From NCBI RefSeq assembly GCF_008065095.1, contig NZ_CP042911.1, forward strand, positions 3,870,001 through 3,902,000: 32,000 nucleotides of DNA, given 5' to 3'. Shown one piece after another: positions 23,042 to 30,848 of this stretch (within the stretch, counting starts at the first letter, position 1; every line of letters starts with the position of its first letter). Both the position numbers and the translations under genes were made by a program. Origin of the DNA: Gemmata obscuriglobus. GTDB lineage: Bacteria > Planctomycetota > Planctomycetia > Gemmatales > Gemmataceae. Under the pieces are notes generated by a model that worked only from the letters and a program-made list of their open reading frames with translations, had not been told where the DNA came from and did no database searches.

Positions 23042-24322
23042 ATGGCCCAAGAACCGATCAACATCTTCGCCCGCATCGCGGACCCGGCGGGCGTCGCCGC
23101 GTTCCTGCGTGAGCACGCCCCGCGGGTCGAACTCGACGGCCCCGACGGCACCTGGGAGAACGCGGTCGTCACGTTCGGGCGCGGCCGATCGGAGCAAGTT
23201 CTGACATTCCGCCACAGCGCCGAGTACTACAGCGAACCGGGCTGGTCGGACCAAATGGCCGGGATGCGCGGGTACTTTGCGCGGTTCCCCGACACGCCCC
23301 GCAAAGAGAAGGTGCTGCTCCTCACCACCACGTTCCGGTTCTCGCTCGGCACCCTCTTCGAGCCGGACTTCGACCCCGACGGCGACCCGCGCCTGTCCCT
23401 CCTCTTCGCCCTCACCCAGGCCCTCGACGGCGTGCTGTTCACGCCGTCCGGTTTGCGCGACGCGAGCGGCCGGGTGCTCTTCAGCGCCCGCGGGGAAGAG
23501 GGCGAAGACCCCGGCGCCGAGTGGCCGAAAGTGCACGGATCGGTGTCGCTGGACAGCCCGCTCGGGGCGGCGATGCACGACGCCTCGCGCCCGCGGGCCG
23601 CGGACGAAGGGCCGCCGGAAGGCGCCGCCCCGCCCGCCCCGGGCCGGGTCGCCCGGCGGGCACTCGCACTGACCGCCGTCACCGCCCGCGCGATCCTCGA
23701 ACAGGACGACCCGCAGTCTGAAACCGTCCAGCGAACTTATGCGGACCTGCTGGCGTGGGTCGGGGAGATCGGCATCGACCCGGAGTTCGAGCCGCCCGAG
23801 CGCGAGGTGCTCCACCGCCCGCTCGGACAGTTGACCGGCCGGCAGCAGGCCGACGCCACCTGGCGCCTCGAAGGGCTGGTCGTGCTCGCGTGGGCTCTGA
23901 AGCGGTACGAGATCCCGCCGCACGACGAGGTGGTGCCGCTCAACCCGCTCTGGTGCAGCCTCGGGTTGCTCAACGCCGGTGACGCACAGGACCTGCTCGC
24001 CCGGCCCGAGTTGCGGTCGCGGGAGGAGATCAGCGCGCTCCGCAACCGGCAGTTCGCGGTCCACTGGCGGCTGCGGGACCAGTACCTCGCGCCGAAGCCG
24101 ATGGACTTCGCGGCGTTCGCCCGGACGTGCCGGTTCGGCCCGCTCGACATCACCGGGCTGCCGCTGGTGGAGGGCGATCTGGCGATCGGGGGCGAGCGCA
24201 TCGACCGCGCCCCCCCAGAGCGGTTCCGCGCGGCGCTGAGCACGGCCCTGGAGCGACACGTCGCCGCCAACTGGCTCTGGGAGGGGCCGGAAACGTACTC
24301 CGAAGCCAGTTCGGCGACCTGA
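23042..24322 (+). CDS. Two-domain hypothetical protein; the C-terminal half is DUF4272-like
   Basis: ATG 23042 lies 9 nt after GGAG; GTG 23033 is an alternative start. The C-terminal text ARRALALTAVTARA...EREVL..PLGQLT.RQ..DATWRLEGLVVLAWAL resembles DUF4272 as I recall it. A Pro/Ala/Gly-rich linker sits in the middle. Confidence 0.55.
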   Translation: MAQEPINIFARIADPAGVAAFLREHAPRVELDGPDGTWENAVVTFGRGRSEQVLTFRHSAEYYSEPGWSDQMAGMRGYFARFPDTPRKEKVLLLTTTFRFSLGTLFEPDFDPDGDPRLSLLFALTQALDGVLFTPSGLRDASGRVLFSARGEEGEDPGAEWPKVHGSVSLDSPLGAAMHDASRPRAADEGPPEGAAPPAPGRVARRALALTAVTARAILEQDDPQSETVQRTYADLLAWVGEIGIDPEFEPPEREVLHRPLGQLTGRQQADATWRLEGLVVLAWALKRYEIPPHDEVVPLNPLWCSLGLLNAGDAQDLLARPELRSREEISALRNRQFAVHWRLRDQYLAPKPMDFAAFARTCRFGPLDITGLPLVEGDLAIGGERIDRAPPERFRAALSTALERHVAANWLWEGPETYSEASSAT

Positions 24323-24497
24323 CGCGTCGGGCCACCGGCGCCGAGTTCCGTTGCATGTCCCAGGGTGCACCCGTACTGGCCCTGGAAACTCCGGAACGCG
24401 CCGGTCACTTTAGCCAGTAGATCGGGATCGGCAGGGCGAGCAGTTCGCGGCGCGACAACGGGCGCCGGCTCACCGTGTACCGGTTGTTCCGATAACA

Positions 24498-25044
24498 TCA
24501 GACCACTTCGGCACTCCCGGCGCGCTTCTGACGGTGCTGTTGAATCACGGCGTCGTACAGCGGCGGCTCCTGTGGGGTGCATCGCGCCGTCATCAGCACG
24601 GTGATCAGCCCCCACTTGCCGGCGCGGCAAACGCACAGTTGGCGGTTGTTCAGTTTGAGGGTGTGGTCCGGTTCCTCACGCCGAAGTGGCCGCCGAACGT
24701 AGCGGCTCGCGCGCAGCAGCCCCGACTTCGGACACACGTAGCACTGATCTCGGCGGTCGCTCGTGCGGAGGGGTTCCCCGTACCGACGCGCGTACGCCGC
24801 GCCGCGGCACCCCGTAGATCAGAACCGTGTTCGTGACGACATACTGAAACAAGTGCGTGAGGATGTGCTTCTGGACAACGTTCCCGCGGTCAACGTGGCG
24901 ATAGCTTTCCGCGTAGATCTTGCCCCACGGCCGACCGACGTTTGCACTGAGGAACCGGCGGAGCGGGCCGAGGCGCTCGTTGAAGTGTTTCAGCCGGCCA
25001 CCGTAACTGCGATTGATACCTTCACGAACGGGGCGGCGGGTCAC
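24498..25044 (-). pseudogene. Conserved-looking hypothetical protein with Cys pairs, interrupted by one frameshift
   Basis: The N-terminal part is MTRRPVREGINRSYGGRLKHFNERLGPLRRFLSANVGRPWGKIYAESYRHVD...VTNTVLIYG (track ORF 24676..25044). It continues in another frame as AAYARRYGEPLRTSDRRDQCYVCPKSGLL...LCVCRAGKWGLI... down to the stop at 24498. The switch falls in the GC run around 24797-24812. Confidence 0.45.
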
Positions 25045-25105
25045 CAGCGTCTAGACATTTTCCCACGCGCTTCTTGTAACCCTCACCGAGCCAACTCTCC
25101 GCTCG

Positions 25106-25130
25106 CGAGCGCCCGATCCGCGGGCGCTCG
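25106..25130 (-). terminator. GC-rich hairpin downstream of the beta-RFAP synthase gene
   Basis: CGAGCGCCCG (25106-15), loop ATCCG, then CGGGCGCTCG (25121-30). It is 86 nt after the minus-strand stop. There is no U-tract. Confidence 0.25.
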
Positions 25131-25215
25131 ACCGGCACCTTGCCCATGCCCGATCGCATGACGCCTCCCGTTCAAGGGTCATCGATCAGACACCAGCTTT
25201 GCAGAGCGGCTCGCG

Positions 25216-26154
25216 TTACTCGCGTTCCACGCGGTGCCCGCTGGACGGGCGCGCCACGAAGCACGGCACCCGGCCGCGGAACCGGAGCACCAGCGAGAGG
25301 GCGGTGTCGGCGTCCGGCGCGAGCGCGAACACGGTCGGCCCCCACGAACTCTGGCTCACCCCGCGGACGCCCCGCGACCGCAGGTCGGCGACCAGCGCCT
25401 CCACCTCGGGCGAGGCGTACACCCCGCCCTGCGCCGCGGCGAACGGCTCCCCGGCCTTCCGGTTGAACTCGTACAGCGCGTCGCCGAACGCGTCCGAATC
25501 TCCGGCCCGCGCCGCCGGCAGGAGCGTCTCGTGGGCGAGACGCCGCAGCGCGTCCGGGGCGCCGCCCGCCGCAACCGAGAACGCGTGCCGCTCGCGCGCC
25601 CCATGCCAGCCGCCCGCGACGGAAGGGGTGAACACCACGACCCGCCATTCGTCCGGCAAATCGACCCGCGCCAGCAGCGGAGACACCGGTTCGCCGGGCA
25701 GTTTGCCGGCGTCTACCAGCAGCCCGCCGTGATCGAACCCGTGAACCCCAATGGCGGACCGCTCGCCGCGCCCCACCCGTGCCGCCAGATCGGGCGAGGG
25801 CAGTCCTGCTTCCCCGTGCGCCACCGCCAGCACCTTCGCCACCGCGAGGCCCAACTGCGTTCCCACGCCGAGCCCCGTGTGCTCCGCCGGGGCGCGCTCG
25901 ATCAGCACCTGTTGCGGGCGGAGGCGGTCTTCGGGCACGGACCTCAGGAACCGCATCGCGAACACTTGCGCGCGGCTGGCGAGCGCCCCTTCGAACTGCC
26001 ACCCCGCGGCGGGGCGCGCCGTCACCACCACGCCGGGCAGGTCCACCATCAGCCCGACGCCGCCGAACGCCCGCTCGCCGGCCGGCGGCGCGCCCGCGCC
26101 GGGCACGTGAAACAGCCCGGCGTGCAGCCGGCTCGGCGCAACCACGCGAATCAT
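25216..26154 (-). CDS. mptG: Beta-ribofuranosylaminobenzene 5'-phosphate (beta-RFAP) synthase family protein (GHMP-kinase-like), methanopterin biosynthesis
   Basis: 312 aa from ATG 26154; the track ORF extends to 26478. MIRVVAPSRLHAGLF...FGGVGLMV compares with the family N-terminus (TPSR.H.GLID...GG.G). TGLGVGTQLGLAVAKVL and GRGERSAIGVHGFDHGGLLVDAG are as I recall for the archaeal MJ1427-type/MptG family. Confidence 0.7.
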   Translation of the reverse strand: MIRVVAPSRLHAGLFHVPGAGAPPAGERAFGGVGLMVDLPGVVVTARPAAGWQFEGALASRAQVFAMRFLRSVPEDRLRPQQVLIERAPAEHTGLGVGTQLGLAVAKVLAVAHGEAGLPSPDLAARVGRGERSAIGVHGFDHGGLLVDAGKLPGEPVSPLLARVDLPDEWRVVVFTPSVAGGWHGARERHAFSVAAGGAPDALRRLAHETLLPAARAGDSDAFGDALYEFNRKAGEPFAAAQGGVYASPEVEALVADLRSRGVRGVSQSSWGPTVFALAPDADTALSLVLRFRGRVPCFVARPSSGHRVERE

Positions 26155-26774
26155 CGGCGCCCCTCTGCTTCGCGCAGTTTCGTTTCCAGCATCTCCATCG
26201 CCCGGTGCTCCGCCGGCCCGCCGGTCTTGCCCACAATCACGCGGAGTTTGGCGAACTCGACGGCCACTTCGGCCAATGGTATCAGGTGGAGCCGGGTCGC
26301 GAGTATGGCGGCCTCCACGACCGCGTGCTTCGCCCGGTTGAACCCGAAAAAGTCGCGCACCCGCCCGGCCCGCACCACCTCGGCCTCGAGACGCACCCGC
26401 GGGCCGCTCGCGTCCGCCGACCGGACCACGAACTCGAAGTACCGGCAGCAGTCTTCGAGCACGAAGCCGCTCACGCACTCGGCCGGGCGCGCGGGCGGCG
26501 CCTCGGGCAGTTGCCCGACCGCCGCCCGCGCGAGCAGCAGCACGTCGTCGGTGACGTGCAACACGCCTTCGGGCCGGCGCACCAGGTTCTGGTAGGTGTT
26601 GGAGGTCGGGAACGGGCGGAGCGTGAAGCGCGTGAAGTCGTCCGTAACCCAGGGTCCCATCGGCGCGAGGTGCAAGCCCCCGTCGGCGTCGGTGGTGGTG
26701 ACGAGCGCTTCGAGGATCATTAGCACGGCCCGCGTTTCAGGTCTCGCGCCCGGGTCGAGCGCCGGCAGCGACAT
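26151..26774 (-). CDS. DUF447-family protein (FMN-binding split-barrel-like; H4MPT-linked family)
   Basis: ILEALVTTTDADGGLHLAPMG and ...GFNRAKHAVVEAAILATR resemble DUF447 as I recall it. The stop overlaps the next gene's start (ATGA at 26154-26151). An alternative start at ATG 26720 (MILEALV) fits family N-termini better. Confidence 0.6.
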   Translation of the reverse strand: MSLPALDPGARPETRAVLMILEALVTTTDADGGLHLAPMGPWVTDDFTRFTLRPFPTSNTYQNLVRRPEGVLHVTDDVLLLARAAVGQLPEAPPARPAECVSGFVLEDCCRYFEFVVRSADASGPRVRLEAEVVRAGRVRDFFGFNRAKHAVVEAAILATRLHLIPLAEVAVEFAKLRVIVGKTGGPAEHRAMEMLETKLREAEGRR

Positions 26775-26806
26775 TGCCGCTGTCCGACGGGACCGGGAGC
26801 CTCAAC

Positions 26807-28345
26807 TCACAAACTTCGTAGCAAGCCGGCGGCTTTGTGGAGGGTCTCTTCGTACTCGCGGGCGGGGTCGCTGTCGGCGACGATCCCGCCCCCGACCGGG
26901 AACTGCACCCACCCGCCCCCCGCGGTGAACGTGCGGATCAGGATATTCGTGTCCATCGCCCCGTCGAACCCGACCCACCCCAGGCACCCGCAGTACGGGC
27001 CGCGAGCCGTCGGCTCCAACTCCGCGATGATCTCCATCGCCCGCACCTTTGGCGCCCCGGTCACGCTCCCACCGGGAAACGATGCCGTCAGGAGATCGAG
27101 CGGCCCGACCTCGGGCTTCAACTTCCCTCGCACCTCGGAAACCAGGTGGTGGACGAACCGGAACGTTTCCAGTTCGCACACCCGCGGCACCCGCACCGAG
27201 CCGAACACCGACACCTTTCCGATGTCGTTGCGGAGCAGGTCCACGATCATCACGTTCTCGGCCCGGTCTTTCGGACTCGTGACGAGGTCGCGAACGAGGG
27301 CCGCATCTTCTTCAGGGGTCCGCCCGCGCCGGCGTGTGCCCTTAATCGGCCGCGTTTCAACCGCGCCGTCGGCGTGTACCCGCAAGAACCGTTCCGGTGA
27401 CGCGCTGAGAAGCTGGTAGTCGCCCAGATCGAAGTACCCGCCGAACGGTGCGGGGTTGAGGCGCCGCAACCGGCCGTACAACTCCAACGGGTGCTCGCGG
27501 AGCGGGGCGAGCAGCCGCTGCGACAGGTTCACCTGGAAGCAGTCACCGGCGTGAATGTACTCGACCGCCCGGCGCACCGCGTCCTCGTACCCGGCGCGGT
27601 CGAAGTTGCTCGTCACCCCCGGGAAACCCGGCAGCGCGTACTGTGGGGCGGGGTCGATTCGCTCGCCCAATCGGGGCAAGTGGGACGCTCGCTCCGACTG
27701 GTCTGTGCGCAGCACCTGCAACGCCTCTTGAAGGCGTGCCGCGGCTCGTTCAACACGTTGCGAGCGGTCACCGGGCGCGAACGGAAAACCGGACGAAACC
27801 AGCCACGCCCGGCGTGACGTGTGGTCGTAACTGAAGACCCAGTCGTAAAAGCCGAGCACAACGTCGGGAACCCGGAACTCGTCGTACCGGGTCTGGGGAA
27901 GACGCTCCAGCGAGCGCCCGTACCCGTAGCCGAAACAACCGGCCAGCCCGCCCTGAAACGGGGGCAGATCCGATACCGTCGTGAGAGCGCACTGACGGAG
28001 GCGAAGTTTCGCTCGCTCCAGCGGGTCAAACGGCGTACCACTTTCCCCCTCGTTCCCGTTCGTTTCTCCACCCGCCGGCGGTTGGGTGAGTAAAGTGACA
28101 CGCGGGTCGGCCGCAACGTATGAATACCGCCCACGCTCAGTGTGTTCCTCGGCGCTGTCAAGGAAGAGAAGGTGCGGAAGGTGTGACAGCTTCCGTGCGA
28201 CGGCCCACGGGCTCGGGGCGGGGATCAGTTCCACCGCCAGTGGGGCATCGGGAGGGACGGGCACGGGGACGGCATCGAATTGAAGCGGCTCACCCGTGTC
28301 CATGAAGGGCATTCTATTGAGCAAAACGGCCCGCGGTGCGGACAC
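26807..28345 (-). CDS. pabB: Aminodeoxychorismate synthase component I (PabB)
   Basis: Chorismate-binding enzyme text is present: GDCFQVNLSQRL, SASPERFLRV, RPIKGTRRRG, DRAENVMIVDLLRNDIG, FPGGSVTGAPKVRAMEII, RGPYCGCLGWV, GGGIVADSDP. The Lys in PIKGT is the PabB-type residue; anthranilate synthases have PIAGT. The start is GTG 28345, with alternatives at ATG 28312 and 28303. Confidence 0.85.
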   Translation of the reverse strand: MSAPRAVLLNRMPFMDTGEPLQFDAVPVPVPPDAPLAVELIPAPSPWAVARKLSHLPHLLFLDSAEEHTERGRYSYVAADPRVTLLTQPPAGGETNGNEGESGTPFDPLERAKLRLRQCALTTVSDLPPFQGGLAGCFGYGYGRSLERLPQTRYDEFRVPDVVLGFYDWVFSYDHTSRRAWLVSSGFPFAPGDRSQRVERAAARLQEALQVLRTDQSERASHLPRLGERIDPAPQYALPGFPGVTSNFDRAGYEDAVRRAVEYIHAGDCFQVNLSQRLLAPLREHPLELYGRLRRLNPAPFGGYFDLGDYQLLSASPERFLRVHADGAVETRPIKGTRRRGRTPEEDAALVRDLVTSPKDRAENVMIVDLLRNDIGKVSVFGSVRVPRVCELETFRFVHHLVSEVRGKLKPEVGPLDLLTASFPGGSVTGAPKVRAMEIIAELEPTARGPYCGCLGWVGFDGAMDTNILIRTFTAGGGWVQFPVGGGIVADSDPAREYEETLHKAAGLLRSL

Positions 28346-28363
28346 CGCGGGCGGGGGTGGCGT

Positions 28364-29497
28364 TCAACCTTTTGCCGCTACGGCGGCCTTCACGAGTTCG
28401 TCGACCGCCCGGTCGAGTTCCTTGTCGTCGGGCGCGCCAGACCACTTGTGCCGCACCACACCGGTGTGGTCGATCAGGTACAGCGTCGGGAACCCGCGGA
28501 CGCGGTACGTCTTGAGGATGGCCGTTTCCGGCCCGTTGTCCCACCAGTGCGTCCAGGGCATCGGCTCCTTCTCCAGGAACTTTTGCAGCGTCTCCTTCTT
28601 GTCATCGACGCTCACACTGATGAGTTCGAACGGCTTGCCCTCCAGCCGCTTCACCATCTGCCGCTCGTGCGGGATCATCGCCCGGCACGGCGGGCACCAC
28701 GTGGCCCACACATCGAGCAGCACCACCTTACCCTTGGAGCTTGATAGTTTCACCTTCTTGTCGTCGAGCGTCAGGGACTCCACGTCCGGGGCGGCTTTAC
28801 CGACCCCCAGATTCAGTAGCGCGTTCAGCCCCTTGATCTCCTGCGCCGCGAACTTCGACACGGTGCCGCCGCTGCCGACCTTGGCGTCCGGGGCCTCTTT
28901 CGCCGCCGCCTCGAACAGCGCGACCGCCTGCTTCACCACGTCCGCCAGTTTCTTGTCGTCGTCCTCTTCGTCCACGGTCCGCGCCAGGGCGTACCCGCGG
29001 AGGAACATCGCGACGGCTTTTGACTCCTTGTCGCTGCCGCCGGCGGCCACGGCCTTGAGCAGTTTGTCGCCGGACGCGCCGACCCGCATCGCGGAAACGA
29101 GCAGGTCCTTCATCTTCGGGTTCGCGGCGTGGTGCTCGGCGAGCAGCGCGATCGCCTTCGCCACGTCGTCCCCGCCGGCCCCGGCGTTACCCGCGATCTG
29201 GAGCACGAACGCCGCGGCCTCGAACCCGACCGCGTCCTTCGGGTCGTCCTCGGCGATCACGAGCACCTTGCCCGCGGTGAGCAAGGCCAGCTCGCGCACC
29301 TCGGCCTGGATCGCCCGGGCGTCGTCCGGGCTCTTGGCCTTCTGGAGCCGCTCGGACAGGTCCTTGTTTTCCTCCTCGAACCGTTTCTTTTGTGTCGCCA
29401 GTTTCTCGGCCCGGGCCTGGTCCTGAGCAAATGCGAACCACAATCCGACCGACAGCGACAGCGCGGCCGCGCAAAGGAAGCGCATCGTGGTGTCCAT
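28364..29497 (-). CDS. TlpA/ResA-like periplasmic thiol:disulfide oxidoreductase with an N-terminal helical domain
   Basis: The signal/anchor is M(DTTM)RFLCAAALSLSVGLWFAFA. The thioredoxin fold carries WATWCPPC, and GFPTLYLID is also present. A helical Ala/Lys/Glu-rich N-terminal region of about 220 aa precedes it. Confidence 0.85.
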   Translation of the reverse strand: MDTTMRFLCAAALSLSVGLWFAFAQDQARAEKLATQKKRFEEENKDLSERLQKAKSPDDARAIQAEVRELALLTAGKVLVIAEDDPKDAVGFEAAAFVLQIAGNAGAGGDDVAKAIALLAEHHAANPKMKDLLVSAMRVGASGDKLLKAVAAGGSDKESKAVAMFLRGYALARTVDEEDDDKKLADVVKQAVALFEAAAKEAPDAKVGSGGTVSKFAAQEIKGLNALLNLGVGKAAPDVESLTLDDKKVKLSSSKGKVVLLDVWATWCPPCRAMIPHERQMVKRLEGKPFELISVSVDDKKETLQKFLEKEPMPWTHWWDNGPETAILKTYRVRGFPTLYLIDHTGVVRHKWSGAPDDKELDRAVDELVKAAVAAKG

Positions 29498-29998
29498 AAA
29501 AGGGTGAGATGGCCGCCGGCGGCCGGTCCATTCAGTTTACGCCGGAATGTAAGGCGATCAAAGGGAAACAGGCCGCGTCTTCGCGTGAGGTGGAGGTCTT
29601 GTGGCTCTCGGAGCGCGGGATAGGACAAACCGGGGCGTTCGGCCGCAATTATTTCGCGTGGCTCGCCACGCCCGGACCGCGTTTCCTTGTCGAAGAATTG
29701 AATGGGGCCAGTAGCAGTCGAATGGGGTACGGCGGCGCACGGATGTAACCTGGGCAATGTGGGTAAGCGGCCGAGCAACTTGCCACGGCAGCAACAGATT
29801 ACAGGTCAATCACTTACGAGGCCGCATCCTGTTGCTGGCCGACCGGATTTGACCTCTCCGTTATCTTGGGTATGTGAACTCCGCACGACGAGCCGGTTGG
29901 CGACCGCAGTTTTTCTTTCCGCGAGGCGCAAGCAGCACCAGGCGCCGCGTTACAAGCGTGCCCCGGCGGCAGTGTCCGGGCCGCGAGGAGCCTGACCC

Positions 29999-30727
29999 AT
30001 GACCCACTCGAACGCGAATCAGCCGAGCCTCGAATCGCTTACGCTGCGATTCCTTGCCACCCGTTCAGACGCCACCACGGCAGTCGAACGCGGCGAGAGC
30101 GAAGTTGAACCGCACGAAGTGGCGGCTGGGTTCCGGGTCGACCCGCGGACGGCTTGGATCGACGCCAACAGTCACACCACGGGCTCCCCGGGGCCGCTGC
30201 CGACCGAGTGGGCAGCGCTGGTGAGCCAGCCGTCGGCAGCGTTCGCCATACCGATGGCCGCCGGGCACTTCCCGCAGCGAGTTAAAGATCTGCAACCGCT
30301 GCTCAAGCAGTTCCGACCGGCCGATCTGCGGCCCACGGGCGAAGAGGCCGCGATCCCGGCGTTCACCGGCCTGCGGGCGTGGGTTCAAAAGAACGCCAAG
30401 TCGAACGCCCTGGTGGCCGCCGGCATCGCCCGAACGCTGGGCGACTTTGAAACTGCTGAGGCCTTGCTTGCCGGAGCAAATGAGACGGGGAACGAAAAGG
30501 CCGCATTACTGTGGCAGAGCGGTAAGAGTGAGGAAGCTCTCGCCACCTGGAACGCAACGGCCGCAACGCCCGCGGTGCTGTTCAACCGCGGGATGGCGGA
30601 ACTGTTTCTCGGCCGGTTCGCCCAGGCCCGCGCGTCGCTTCAGAAAGCGATCGACGCCATCCCGGAAGCGAGCGGGTGGAACGCGCTCGCCCGGTTGTAC
30701 CTCGCGGTGGCTGAAATCCACGGGTAA
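29999..30727 (+). CDS. Hypothetical protein with a TPR-like C-terminal region
   Basis: ATG 29999 lies 8 nt after GAGGAG. The 242-aa ORF has ordinary composition. The C-terminal helical repeats (GKSEEALATWNA...FNRGMAELFLGRFAQARASLQKAI) look TPR-like. No family was recognised. Confidence 0.5.
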   Translation: MTHSNANQPSLESLTLRFLATRSDATTAVERGESEVEPHEVAAGFRVDPRTAWIDANSHTTGSPGPLPTEWAALVSQPSAAFAIPMAAGHFPQRVKDLQPLLKQFRPADLRPTGEEAAIPAFTGLRAWVQKNAKSNALVAAGIARTLGDFETAEALLAGANETGNEKAALLWQSGKSEEALATWNATAATPAVLFNRGMAELFLGRFAQARASLQKAIDAIPEASGWNALARLYLAVAEIHG

Positions 30728-30848
30728 CGAATACGGTACTTTGCACGTGCCACCGGCGCGTGCCCGCCCTCTGCTCCAACCCCTTGCCCTCGCCTCGGGC
30801 CGCGGGTAGCCTGATGCCGCCCACCTTCCTCGCATCTTGGAGCAGATC

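Noticed and set aside
26154-26478. 108-codon N-terminal extension of the beta-RFAP synthase ORF
   Set aside because: The extension is Arg/Gly-rich and overlaps the DUF447 gene. The family-typical N-terminus (MIRVVAPSRLH) begins at ATG 26154, overlapping the upstream stop.
25172-26723. Several long overlapping ORFs (25172..26236 minus; 25234..26595 plus; 25779..26723 plus) over the beta-RFAP synthase and DUF447 genes
   Set aside because: They are Arg/Ala/Gly/Pro-rich shadow frames. The chosen frames show family-specific motifs and ATGA start/stop coupling.
29511-29524. Perfect 14-nt palindrome GGCCGCCGGCGGCC considered as a restriction/methylation or operator site
   Set aside because: GC-only palindromes of this length arise easily in GC-rich DNA. 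There is a single copy in the window and no partner half-site, so it is only mentioned within the intergenic-region finding.
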